Notes under the pieces: model-generated
Database searches by the model: none
The model's input: the letters and a program-made list of their open reading frames with translations, nothing else
Told to the model about the DNA's origin: nothing
Shown here: in pieces, positions 41,821 to 51,382 of the stretch
Layout of the letters: each line of letters opens with the position of its first letter
Numbering within the stretch: position 1 is the stretch's first letter
Source of the DNA: Alphaproteobacteria bacterium
GTDB lineage: Bacteria > Pseudomonadota > Alphaproteobacteria > MPNO01 > UBA830
Direction of reading: 5' to 3'
Assembly (NCBI GenBank): GCA_965243135.1
Contig: OZ251539.1
Coordinates: forward strand, 1,728,001-1,792,000
Length of the DNA stretch: 64,000 nt
Position numbers and translations under genes: made by a program

Positions 41821-42690
41821 ATGAAAATTATGCCGATTTCGCGGGCGGGAGGCGCCGAGATCAGCGGCCTCGATCTCGCGACGAAGCTGACTGCGGAGGA
41901 AGTTTCCGAGATCCGTCAGGCGTTTCTCGAATTCGGAGTGATCGTTTTCCGCGGCCAGAATTTGTCGGACGCCGATCAGCTTCGTTTCTGCGAATGCATG
42001 GGGGGCGTCGCGCGGCGCGGAAAACCGCTGGAACGGCGACAGCGAGATCGGGACAGCGCGTACGGCGGCAGCGTCCACATGGTGACGAACGCCGTAAAGG
42101 ACGGCGCGCCGCTCGGTTCTTTCGGCGACGGCGAGGTCTGGTTCCACCATGACGGGAGCTTCAAGGAGATTCCCTATGCGGCGACCGTCCTTTATTCGCT
42201 GGAGATTCCTTCGACCGGCGGGGAAACCGTTTTCGCCAACATGTATTCCGCATACGACAAGTTGCCGCAGCCCACGAAGGACCGCCTCGAGGGTCTCCAC
42301 GCCCTGAACGTTTACGATTACGCCCGCACGGGACGCGTCGATCTCAGCCTCGACATCGCGACGATGAATCACTGGGTTCATCCCGTGGTGATCCGGCATC
42401 CGGACACCCGGCGCCCGGCGCTTTATGTCAGCCCGCTTATCACCGCGCGGATCGAAGGGATGGGGCAGGACGACAGCGACGCCTTGCTGGAAGAGCTGTT
42501 TCGGTTCGCTGAGGACGACGATCTGATATTCGAGCATGCATGGCGAGTCGGCGACCTCGTGATGATGGACAATCGCTGCATTACGCATGCCCGGAAGGAT
42601 TTTCCCGCAAGCGAACCCCGGACCCTGCGCCGAACGATGGTGGAAGGCGTGCCGATCGCGACGCCGCGTTGCGGCGAGAATACTGCGTAA
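41821..42690 (+). CDS. TauD/TfdA-family Fe(II)/2-oxoglutarate dioxygenase
   Basis: GAEISGLDL, FHHD (HxD), GGETVFA, HPVVIRHP, W.VGD...DNRCITHAR. Confidence 0.9.
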   Translation: MKIMPISRAGGAEISGLDLATKLTAEEVSEIRQAFLEFGVIVFRGQNLSDADQLRFCECMGGVARRGKPLERRQRDRDSAYGGSVHMVTNAVKDGAPLGSFGDGEVWFHHDGSFKEIPYAATVLYSLEIPSTGGETVFANMYSAYDKLPQPTKDRLEGLHALNVYDYARTGRVDLSLDIATMNHWVHPVVIRHPDTRRPALYVSPLITARIEGMGQDDSDALLEELFRFAEDDDLIFEHAWRVGDLVMMDNRCITHARKDFPASEPRTLRRTMVEGVPIATPRCGENTA

Positions 42691-43173
42691 ACACCCGGTT
42701 CGCCGGACGTTGACGCGCCGCGCCCGAAGCATTATCTGTCCGCATGCAGGCATTGGCCGGTCCACTCACCGATGGCCATTGCCGGGCGCCGCGGCTCGGG
42801 TGGGAGCCGCGAGCACCATGTCCTACCCATAGCCCCGTTCGCAGGCGCCCGGGCGTCCGGCCCGAAAGAACGTGAGGCCGGCCCACCGCCCTCCGTCGAT
42901 ATCGGCGACCATGCCCACCGTTCCGCCCTTGCCTGTCTTGACCTCCCGGGCGTAGCGGCGGCGGTCTGCGGGCGACGAGAAGGTCTCGGGCCGCGCCCCC
43001 TCGCCGACGACGAAAGCCGCGCGGGACGGGACGCCCGGCGCGGCGCCGCGCTATCGCAGCCGGAGAAGCAGCGCCAACGTCAACGACCGCCGACGGCTTC
43101 GGCAAGGCGCGCCTTGCGCTGCGCTCCGCCGAGGCTTGAGCGCAAATTTTCCGGCCAAGTCATCCGGCGAGGG

Positions 43174-43875
43174 TCATACGCCGAGATATCGGTGCTGCAG
43201 ATCTTCGCTGGCGCGCAACTCCGCGGAACCGCCGTTCCAAACCACCTTTCCGCGCTCCACGATATAGTGACGGTCGCCGATCTGCGTCAGCGCCTCGACG
43301 CTTTTGTCGATGACCAGAATCGACTGGCCGCGCTCCTTGAGCCCCGCGAGGCACTTCCATATCTCGAGACGGATCAGCGGCGCCAACCCCTCCGTCGCTT
43401 CGTCGAGGACAAGGAGCCTCGGGTTGGTCATAAGCGCTCGCCCGATGGCCAGCATTTGCTGTTCGCCGCCTGAAAGCTGGTTGCCCATATTGTTCAGACG
43501 GTCGCCGAGATTGGGAAACATCTCCACGACCCGTTCGAGCGTCCAGGGATCGGAGGCGCCGGACCGGTTGTCCGCAGTGGCGACCAGGTTTTCGCGCACC
43601 GTCAGGTTGGGAAAGATCTGGCGGCCTTCGGGAACGATGCCGAGTCCGAGCTTGGCGATCTTGTAGTCGGGCAGCTCTCTCATCTCCTGTCCCGCGAAGG
43701 AAATGGAACCGGCATGCGCCCTGATCATCCCCATTATCGCGCGGATGGTCGTCGTCTTTCCCATTCCATTGCGCCCCATCAGCGACACGACCTCCCCCTC
43801 GTTGACGGTGAAGGACATGCCGAAAAGGACCTGGCTCTGACCGTAGGAAGCCTCGACGTTCCTGACTTCAAGCAC
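43174..43875 (-). CDS. Liv-type ABC transporter ATP-binding protein (LivF-like)
   Basis: GRNGMGKT, VPEGRQIF, LSGGEQQMLA, LDEATEGLAP. Confidence 0.92.
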   Translation of the reverse strand: MLEVRNVEASYGQSQVLFGMSFTVNEGEVVSLMGRNGMGKTTTIRAIMGMIRAHAGSISFAGQEMRELPDYKIAKLGLGIVPEGRQIFPNLTVRENLVATADNRSGASDPWTLERVVEMFPNLGDRLNNMGNQLSGGEQQMLAIGRALMTNPRLLVLDEATEGLAPLIRLEIWKCLAGLKERGQSILVIDKSVEALTQIGDRHYIVERGKVVWNGGSAELRASEDLQHRYLGV

Positions 43876-44632
43876 CCGCCGATACCTCGTCTTCGCCGAG
43901 ATACGCGGCCCGCACCTCGTCGTTGTTGCGAATCTCGGACGGCACGCCGGTCGCGATCGCGCGTCCGTAAACCAGCACGGTCAACCGGTCGGCGAGAGTG
44001 AACACGGTGTCCATGTCGTGCTCGATCAGTACGATCGAATAGCGGCCCTTGAGCGCGGCGAGGAACTTCCGCATGTTCTCGGAGTCCTCGGGGCCCATGC
44101 CCGCCGTGGGTTCGTCGAGCAGCAGCAGCTTGGGACCGGTCGCCAGCGCCATCGCGATCTCGAGTTGGCGCTGTTCGCCGTGGGCCAGATTTCCGGCCAG
44201 CACCAAGGCCCGCTTGCCGAGCCCCACGTCGTTCAGAATGCCGCGCGCCGGTTCCGTCAGCTTGGGATCCGTCGACGCGCGAACCCAGAACCTGAAACTG
44301 TGACCGGCGCGCGCCTGGATCGACAACGCGACGTTCTCCAGCGCCGTGAAGTTGCGGAACACGCTGGTGATCTGAAACGAGCGGGCAAGTCCGGCATGAG
44401 AGCGGGCCGGCGCCGACAGATGGCCGATGTCCTTGCCGTCGAAGACGATCCTGCCGGCATCCGGCGCGAGCATGCCCGCCAACTGGGCCACGAACGTCGT
44501 CTTGCCCGCCCCGTTGGGGCCGATCACGGCGTGTATCTCGCCCGGCAGGACGTCGAAATCCAGGTTGTTGGTCGCGGTGACGCCGCCAAAGGACTTGGTC
44601 AGTCCTTCGACCCTGAGAATGGGTTCATTCAT
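43868..44632 (-). CDS. Liv-type ABC transporter ATP-binding protein (LivG-like)
   Basis: GPNGAGKT, ARSFQ, LLDEPTAG, IEHDM, AYLG. Start at ATG 44632. Confidence 0.92.
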   Translation of the reverse strand: MNEPILRVEGLTKSFGGVTATNNLDFDVLPGEIHAVIGPNGAGKTTFVAQLAGMLAPDAGRIVFDGKDIGHLSAPARSHAGLARSFQITSVFRNFTALENVALSIQARAGHSFRFWVRASTDPKLTEPARGILNDVGLGKRALVLAGNLAHGEQRQLEIAMALATGPKLLLLDEPTAGMGPEDSENMRKFLAALKGRYSIVLIEHDMDTVFTLADRLTVLVYGRAIATGVPSEIRNNDEVRAAYLGEDEVSAGA

Positions 44633-45575
44633 CGGAAATGTTCTCTTTCCCCGGCAGCAGCCCCCATAGTCCACGCTTGGCGAACAGCACGAGCAGGATG
44701 AGGAGCGGCCCGAAATAGAACTGCCAGTATTCCGTGAACCCGGAGAGGAAATCCTCCAGCATTATGTAGCCGAACGCGCCGAACAACGGACCGAAAAGCG
44801 TGCCCATGCCGCCGACCATGACCATGATCATCAGTTCGCCCGAGCGGAACCAGTGCATGTATTCAGGGGTCAGGAACTCCGTCAGGTTGCCGAGCAGGAA
44901 TCCCGCAAGGCCGCAGACCACCCCCGCTATCACGAAGGCCGTCAGGCGGTACCGGAAAGTCGGATACCCGATCGCCTGCATGCGCGCGTCGTTCGATTGC
45001 GCGCCGCGCACCACCATGCCGAAACGGGAATTGACGATCTTCCAGAGCACGGTCGTCGTCACGATCAGGGTGCCGAGGATCAGATAGTACATGTTCCATG
45101 TTTCGTTCAGGTCGAAGAACGCGAAGAACTCGCTGCGCGTATCGATCGGCAATCCGTCGTCGCCGCCGTATTCCTCGAGGCTGATGCCGAGAAAATAGAA
45201 CATCTGGGCGAGCGCGAAGGTGATCATGATGAAGTAGATGCCGCTGGTCCTGAGCGAGATCAGGCCAAGAACGAAAGCGATCGCGGCGCAACCTGCGATG
45301 CAGACGGCAAGCTGCAGCCAGCCGTTGGTGACTTCGTAGTACGCGAGGATGCCGACGGCATACGTGCCGAGTCCCATATAGAGGGCATGGCCGAAGCTGA
45401 TCATCGCGCCGTAGCCCAGAATGAAATCGAGGCTCATCGCGGCGATCGCGAAGATCATCACCCGCGCGATCAGATCGACGTAGAACGGCTCGTCGATAGC
45501 CTCGGCGACGACGGGCAGCGCCGCCAAGACCGCGAAGCAGCCGAGCAGGAACGAAATCTTCAGGCGACTCAGCAT
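44625..45575 (-). CDS. Liv-type ABC transporter permease (LivM-like)
   Basis: SFGHA, GIYFIMIT.A.AQ, GGMGTLFGP. Confidence 0.9.
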   Translation of the reverse strand: MLSRLKISFLLGCFAVLAALPVVAEAIDEPFYVDLIARVMIFAIAAMSLDFILGYGAMISFGHALYMGLGTYAVGILAYYEVTNGWLQLAVCIAGCAAIAFVLGLISLRTSGIYFIMITFALAQMFYFLGISLEEYGGDDGLPIDTRSEFFAFFDLNETWNMYYLILGTLIVTTTVLWKIVNSRFGMVVRGAQSNDARMQAIGYPTFRYRLTAFVIAGVVCGLAGFLLGNLTEFLTPEYMHWFRSGELMIMVMVGGMGTLFGPLFGAFGYIMLEDFLSGFTEYWQFYFGPLLILLVLFAKRGLWGLLPGKENISDE

Positions 45576-45579
45576 GGCG

Positions 45580-46503
45580 TCAACCCGTCCGCGCCGGGAA
45601 AAGACCCTGCGGCTTGAAGAACAGTATGGTCGCCATGAGTATGTAAACGAGCATCGAAGCCAGAGCCGGGCCGGCCGTCTGCGCCGCTTCGGCCGATACG
45701 ACTTGAAGCATGACGAAGGGGAGGATGGAACGGCCGACCGTTTCGAAGATGCCGACGATTATCGACGCCACGAGAGCGCCGCGAATCGAACCGATGCCGC
45801 CGATGACGATGACCACGAAAGCGAAGATCAGCATTTCTTCGCCCATGCCGCTCTCCACGGAGAGCAACGGAGCCGCCATCAAACCGGCAAGTCCGGCGAA
45901 GACGGCGCCGAGACCGAAGACCAGGGTATAGAGAAACCGGATGTTGACGCCCAGGGCACCCACCATCGGCCGGTTGCTTGCGCCCGCCCGGATGAGCATT
46001 CCGACGCGGGTCCGCGTGATCACCCAGTACAGCGCGACCGCGACGGCGATCCCGACGCCGATAACGATCAACCGGTAAACCGGATAGGGCGCGCCCGCGA
46101 TGATCTCGACGTTGCCCGAAAGCCAGTCCGGCAGCGTCAGCGGCTGCGCGTCCACGCCCCAGACGAGCCGCACCAATTCGTTGAAGAACAGGATCAGGCC
46201 GAAAGTGGCCAGGACCTGGTCCATGTGGTCGCGTTCGTACATCGTTCGCAGCACGACGAACTCGACGATCATTCCGATGACGAGCAGCACCGGCACCATC
46301 AACACGAGGGACAAAAGCAGGCTTCCGCTCCAGGTGAAAAACGTCGACGCAAAATAGGCGCCGAGCATGTAGAGCGAGCCGTGCGCCAGATTGACGACGT
46401 TCATGATGCCGAGGACCAGAGTCAGGCCGGCCGATATCAGAAAAAGAAAAACGCCGAACTGGATCCCGTTCAGGAACTGCTCGACGAACAGCAACCAGGT
46501 CAT
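45580..46503 (-). CDS. Liv-type ABC transporter permease (LivH-like)
   Basis: GLTLVLGIM.VVNLAHG, FVVIVIGGIGSI.G, KPQGLF. Confidence 0.92.
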   Translation of the reverse strand: MTWLLFVEQFLNGIQFGVFLFLISAGLTLVLGIMNVVNLAHGSLYMLGAYFASTFFTWSGSLLLSLVLMVPVLLVIGMIVEFVVLRTMYERDHMDQVLATFGLILFFNELVRLVWGVDAQPLTLPDWLSGNVEIIAGAPYPVYRLIVIGVGIAVAVALYWVITRTRVGMLIRAGASNRPMVGALGVNIRFLYTLVFGLGAVFAGLAGLMAAPLLSVESGMGEEMLIFAFVVIVIGGIGSIRGALVASIIVGIFETVGRSILPFVMLQVVSAEAAQTAGPALASMLVYILMATILFFKPQGLFPARTG

Positions 46504-46543
46504 CGCGCCACCGCGTCAGAACGGTCCTTGCCGGGGAAAGCGC

Positions 46544-46574
46544 TCCGGGAAACGCCGCAAGGGCGTTCCCCGGA
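46544..46574 (-). other. Intercistronic stem-loop after the substrate-binding protein gene
   Basis: TCCGGGAAACGCC-GCAAG-GGCGTTCCCCGGA (13-bp stem, one mismatch). This is the typical position of an mRNA-stabilising hairpin in ABC operons. Confidence 0.5.
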
Positions 46575-46591
46575 ACGGAAGACTGCAGAGC

Positions 46592-47776
46592 CTACCACTT
46601 CATCTTGCACTTCTTGTAATGGCTGTCCTTGGCCTGCGCAAAGACCTTGCCGCGCACGACGATCTGGGGATTGCCGTCGGCATCGGCGATCACCTCGCGC
46701 TTGTAATAGTCCTGGATCGGGCTGTGGTTCACGTTGAAGGCGAACTTGCCTCGCGGCGACTTGATGTCCGCCGTCCGCATCGCGTCGCGGATCGCGTCGT
46801 GGTTCTTGAGGTCTCCCTTGGAGCCGCGGACGCCGAGGTCGATCAACAGCGCGCCGTCATATCCCTGGACGGAGAACATCGAAGGATGATGGCCGTACTT
46901 CTTGATGTAGTCCTTGATGAAGCGCTGGTTGACTTCGTCCTTCGAATCGTTGTCCCAGAAGGTCGTGTGGTAGCTTCCGATCGCGTTCTTCCCGTGGGCC
47001 TTGAGAGTCCCGTAATCGACCGTATAGACGGTATAGAGCTTCACGTCCTTGTCGAGTCCGGCCGCCTTGTACTGCTTCATGAAGGATACGCCCATCGCGC
47101 CGGGGAGGAAGCCGAAAATCGCCTTCGGCTTGATGGCGCGCATCTGCGAGATTTCCGCCTGCCAGTCGCTCTGGCCCAGCTTGTAGAGGATCTTGCCTTT
47201 CGTCTTCTGCTGGTACTGGCGATTGAAGCCGGCCAACATGTCCTTGCCCGCCTGGTAATTCGCCGAGAGCTCGAAGACGTCGCTCACGCCCTCGTCGCGC
47301 ATCAGCTTGCCCATGGCTTCGGGAATCATGTCGTTGTTCCAGGACGCGCGGAAGAAGTACGGATTGCAGTTCTTGCCGTCCATGCCCGACCAGCCCGCGT
47401 TGGTGCTGATCAGGAAGGTCTTGGCCCTGAACGCCTGCTTCCAGACGGCGGCAAGGACGTTCGACCACGTGATTCCGGCGACGAAATTCACCCTGTCCTT
47501 CTTGATGTACTCGTTCATGACCTGGCGGCCGACATCAGGCTTGTGCTGGGTATCCTTCTTGATCACTTCCGCGGTCAAGCCGCCCAGCTTGCCGCCGAGG
47601 TGATCCTCCACCGCCAGCATGAACCCTTCCCACTGGTAACGGCCGAAGATGCCGCGACCGCCCGGAAAACCGTTCATGAAACCGACCTTCACGCTTTCGG
47701 CGAAAGACGGCGACGCCGCCGGCGCGGTCAGGAACGCCGCTGCCGCGGCGGCGGCGAAAAGAACCGATTTCTTCAT
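46592..47776 (-). CDS. Liv-type ABC transporter substrate-binding protein (aromatic-acid binding subgroup)
   Basis: Signal peptide MKKSVLFAAAAAAAF; GGKLGG, G..WSNV, SNAG-like STNAG, NYQAGKD, SPRGKF. Start at ATG 47776. Confidence 0.88.
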   Translation of the reverse strand: MKKSVLFAAAAAAAFLTAPAASPSFAESVKVGFMNGFPGGRGIFGRYQWEGFMLAVEDHLGGKLGGLTAEVIKKDTQHKPDVGRQVMNEYIKKDRVNFVAGITWSNVLAAVWKQAFRAKTFLISTNAGWSGMDGKNCNPYFFRASWNNDMIPEAMGKLMRDEGVSDVFELSANYQAGKDMLAGFNRQYQQKTKGKILYKLGQSDWQAEISQMRAIKPKAIFGFLPGAMGVSFMKQYKAAGLDKDVKLYTVYTVDYGTLKAHGKNAIGSYHTTFWDNDSKDEVNQRFIKDYIKKYGHHPSMFSVQGYDGALLIDLGVRGSKGDLKNHDAIRDAMRTADIKSPRGKFAFNVNHSPIQDYYKREVIADADGNPQIVVRGKVFAQAKDSHYKKCKMKW

Positions 47777-47894
47777 GGATCTCTCCCTTGCAGGATTGCA
47801 ATTGTGAAACGAGACTGCACGACCCGATACTAGCCTATCCGGCCGATGTCCGAAAGCCCTCGATCGACCGCCATTTTCGACCCTTCCCTGCCCG

Positions 47895-48371
47895 ATGCCG
47901 CAAGCAATCCGAACGCTGATCGATCGTCTCCTTCGTCGCTCCCGCCGAGGCGTTCCGCTGTCTCCCGACCTGCCGGAAGCGGATCGCAGACGGGTGCTGG
48001 CCGACATGCGCGCCTGCCTCGACCGAAGCGGCGGCGCTCTCGCCACCCTGCGGCGCGCCGATGCGCTGGCGAGCGCTTACCGGAAACTCACTCCGCTCGG
48101 CAGGGCGCGGTTCGCCGACGCGATCGTTCAACTCGGCATGGAAGCGGACCACTACGCCAGGATCGAAGAGATGGAGTTTTTCGGGCGACCGGCCGACAGG
48201 CTCGCGGCGCTCGAGTCGTTCGCGCCGCCTGCGAGACGAATGCTCGAGCTGATCCGGGACGCGGCGGACGGCGGCGAAGCGCTCGACGGGCTGAGGCAGG
48301 ATGGCCGTCTGGTCGCCGAAATCGACGCCGTGACGATCCGCGAGGACGAACGCTCTCCCCTTTCAGGGTGA
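47895..48371 (+). CDS. Stand-alone protein resembling the malonyl-CoA decarboxylase N-terminal helical domain
   Basis: MRACLDRSGG...RRA..LA.AY..L...GRARF, then L..FAPP.RRML..I....DG..AL..LRQD. No catalytic GNAT-like domain follows. Confidence 0.55.
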   Translation: MPQAIRTLIDRLLRRSRRGVPLSPDLPEADRRRVLADMRACLDRSGGALATLRRADALASAYRKLTPLGRARFADAIVQLGMEADHYARIEEMEFFGRPADRLAALESFAPPARRMLELIRDAADGGEALDGLRQDGRLVAEIDAVTIREDERSPLSG

Positions 48372-48583
48372 ACGGCCGCCGCCGGGAAGAGGAGCGATCA
48401 TCGTTCGCGAGGCGCCGCCGGGCGGCGCGGCCCGCAAGCGGAAGCCTCTCCGCGCCCGGACGAATCCTGCCTGACCGGCACCGCGGCCGCCGGGAACCTG
48501 AACGCGGACGCGGCGGACGGACGAAGGGTTACCGAGCAGCCGTCCGCCATGTTATCTTTCATTGGAACAGGGAGAAGCGCCGT

Positions 48584-49591
48584 ATGTCCAGCAAACTCCG
48601 GACCGCCATCATCGGCTTGGGCTGGTGGGGAAAAATCCTTACCCAGACGCTTGAAAGCAGCGAACGGATCGACGTCGTCCGCCTTTTCGACATCGACGAG
48701 GAAGCGGGCGGCGCGTTCGCCGCCGAACGCGGCATCGAATTCGCGAGCAGCTTCGAATCGGCGATCAGTGATGCCGGCGTCGACGCCGTCATCCTGGCGA
48801 CGCCGCATTCGCTGCACGAGAATCAGATCGTCGCGGCTGCCGGAGCCGGCAAGCACGTTTTTTGCGAAAAGCCCCTCTGCCTCGACCGCGCAGCGGCCGT
48901 TCGCGCGCTTGGCGCCGTGAAATCCGCCGGCGTTCGGATCGCGATCGGCCACGAACGCCGCTTCGAACCGCCGATCATGGACGCCATGGAACTCGCGCGC
49001 GCAGGGCAGCTCGGACAGCTTGCCCACATCGAAGCGAATTTCAGCCATGACCTCTTCGCCGCGATCGACGATTCCAACTGGCGGCTCGACTCCGCGGAGA
49101 GTCCGGCGGGAGGGCTCACCGCGACGCTCATCCATCTCACGGATCTGTCGATCAGCCTGTTCGGCCAGCCGGAGCGGGTGCTGGCTTCCTGCGAGTGCCA
49201 TGGCGGCGTCGTGAGGAACGGCGACACGCTGGCGGTGCAGGTGAAGTTCGAGGGAGGCCGGACCGCCTCCCTGAACGCCCTCACCCACACGCCGTTCTTT
49301 TCCCGTTTCGCGATATTCGGCACGAAGGGCTGGACGGAGGTGCGCGACAAGGCTCATGTCCAGGCGCCGGAAGGCTGGTTCCGCGCGACCTGCCTGCAGG
49401 GCGGCAAGGCGGAAACGATCGAATACGACGTGGCCCAACCGGTTCTGGCCAACCTCGATGCCTTCGCCGACGCGGTGGCGGGAAAGGGAAGCTATCCGAA
49501 CGCGCCGGAACAGATGCTGATGAACGTTTCGTTGCTCGAAGCGATCGTGAAATCGAGCAAGTCCGGAGAAATCGTCGCGATAGAACGCTGA
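48584..49591 (+). CDS. Gfo/Idh/MocA-family oxidoreductase
   Basis: IIGLGWWG, ILATPHSLH, GKHVFCEKP, GHERRFEP. Start at ATG 48584. Confidence 0.9.
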   Translation: MSSKLRTAIIGLGWWGKILTQTLESSERIDVVRLFDIDEEAGGAFAAERGIEFASSFESAISDAGVDAVILATPHSLHENQIVAAAGAGKHVFCEKPLCLDRAAAVRALGAVKSAGVRIAIGHERRFEPPIMDAMELARAGQLGQLAHIEANFSHDLFAAIDDSNWRLDSAESPAGGLTATLIHLTDLSISLFGQPERVLASCECHGGVVRNGDTLAVQVKFEGGRTASLNALTHTPFFSRFAIFGTKGWTEVRDKAHVQAPEGWFRATCLQGGKAETIEYDVAQPVLANLDAFADAVAGKGSYPNAPEQMLMNVSLLEAIVKSSKSGEIVAIER

Positions 49592-49677
49592 CGGGAGACC
49601 CTTCCCCTCGCCCCGGACGGGGCCGGCGGCAGGCGCTCCCCGCTTCCGCCGGGACGCCGAGCCGGACAAGCTTTGGG

Positions 49678-50310
49678 TCAGGATTCGAGGCCGCGTTCCG
49701 AAACGGCGGCGTGCCAGCGGTGGACGTTGCCGCATTCGTCGGGTATCGGCAACCGCCGAGAAACGCCGAAATCGATGGCGCAATAAGCGGTGATGTCGGC
49801 CATCGTGAACCGGTCGCCGACAATGAACTCGTTTTCGCCGAGCCTTCCGTCGAGCTTGGCGAAGAACAGGCCGAGACGAAATCTGCCGCGTTCCGCAAGC
49901 TCCGGTATCTGGGGGATTTCGCGGTCGTAGCCGGCGAGGCCGCGGCCGGCGAACGCCTTGTGGGTGTTGCGGAAATATTCGGAAACCGCCATCAGTCCTT
50001 CCCATTCGGCGACGCGGTCCCACATCTCGACCAGCGCCGCCTCCTTCGGGTCGCGGCCCATGAGCGGGCGTTCGGGATTGAGAGCTTCGAGATAGCGGCA
50101 GATCGCGAACGCTTCGCCGATCCAGTCACCGTCGTCCAGTTCGAGAAGCGGCACGCGGCGATGCGGGAAGCTTGCGCAGAACTCGTCGCTCAACCGTCCC
50201 GGATTGTCCGGGTCGGAGGCCTCCGCGACTTCGAGATCGATCCGCTTCTCTGCGAGGAAGAGCTTCACCCGTCGCGGGTTCGGCGCGGTGGACCAACTGT
50301 GCAGTTTCAT
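49678..50310 (-). CDS. Glutathione S-transferase family protein
   Basis: APNPRRV..FLAEK, VPLLELDDG..I.E..AICRYLE, GDRFTMADI. Start at ATG 50310. Confidence 0.9.
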   Translation of the reverse strand: MKLHSWSTAPNPRRVKLFLAEKRIDLEVAEASDPDNPGRLSDEFCASFPHRRVPLLELDDGDWIGEAFAICRYLEALNPERPLMGRDPKEAALVEMWDRVAEWEGLMAVSEYFRNTHKAFAGRGLAGYDREIPQIPELAERGRFRLGLFFAKLDGRLGENEFIVGDRFTMADITAYCAIDFGVSRRLPIPDECGNVHRWHAAVSERGLES

Positions 50311-51323
50311 TCTCTCGCCTCCTTGGCGATCATTTTCTCGATCAGATTGCGCGCTTGGACGACCGGCGCGTCGGCGGCGACGTCGATGCGGCGCCCGGGC
50401 CCTCGATCCAGCGATCTCTGCTGCGCCTCGACGATCTCGACGTCTTCCGAAAATATACGCGAGAACTCCGCGTGCAAGGCGTCGGTGACTTCCGTCGAAT
50501 CGATCCGGTAGTTCCGGCCGACCGACCAGAAATAATGACAGGTCGTTTCGGTTTCCGGCGTCATGAAATGCGCAGTGTGCAGCGTCACTCCGCGCGACCT
50601 GTCGCCCCGCTCCGCGCCGCTGCCGGCCGGCGCGCAACCGATATCGAAGGCGCAGAGCGACGGCGGCGTAAACTCCCACAACAACCAGCGGTCGACGTTC
50701 GCGCCGGTCCCCAGCGCCCGCGCGAAAGTCGGCGACGGAGCGACGTCCATCATCCAGCGCGCCGCCTTCACGCTGCGGGCGGAGCGTTCGATTTTTGGAG
50801 GCGTGTCCGTGATGGCGCTCGAACCGAGCGTGTCGGGGTGGACGAAGGGCGCATGGGTGTTGTCGAGCTGAATGTCGACCAACAACTCGTAACCGCAGTT
50901 CGCATGCCGACGTTCGCCGGTGGCAACCCAGCGCGGATCGTCGCGCCAACGCAAGTCCGGCGGGACGTTGCCGTCGGCCTCTTTCTCGCCGCCCATCCAG
51001 ATCCACAACCAGCCGCAGCGTTCGACCAGAGGATATCGCCTGACCCGCGCTCCGGGCGGGATGCGGGTCTGGCCCGGCACCCTGACGCAGGCTCCCGTGG
51101 CGTCGAACTCAAGCCCATGATAGCCGCACTGTATCCGGTCTTCGACGACGCGGCCCATCGAAAGCGGCAGCGATCTGTGGCAACAGCGATCTTCCAGCGC
51201 CGTCGCCCGGCCCGTCGCGCCTCGATAGAGAACCACGGACTCGCCGAGAAAGACCCGGCCCAGCGGGCCGTTGCCGAGCTCTTCCGAAAGCGCCGCCGCG
51301 TACCACGCATTTCGAAGATACAT
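50307..51323 (-). CDS. Rieske non-heme iron oxygenase alpha subunit (VanA-like)
   Basis: LRNAWYAA, Rieske C.H...CGYHG, D..LD.TH..FVH iron site, EDV.IVEAQQ. Start at ATG 51323. Confidence 0.9.
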   Translation of the reverse strand: MYLRNAWYAAALSEELGNGPLGRVFLGESVVLYRGATGRATALEDRCCHRSLPLSMGRVVEDRIQCGYHGLEFDATGACVRVPGQTRIPPGARVRRYPLVERCGWLWIWMGGEKEADGNVPPDLRWRDDPRWVATGERRHANCGYELLVDIQLDNTHAPFVHPDTLGSSAITDTPPKIERSARSVKAARWMMDVAPSPTFARALGTGANVDRWLLWEFTPPSLCAFDIGCAPAGSGAERGDRSRGVTLHTAHFMTPETETTCHYFWSVGRNYRIDSTEVTDALHAEFSRIFSEDVEIVEAQQRSLDRGPGRRIDVAADAPVVQARNLIEKMIAKEARE

Positions 51324-51382
51324 GCCCACCTCGCCGCGTTTCCGGCAAATGCTACTTCGGAAAGCGGGTCGGGGAAAGGAGC

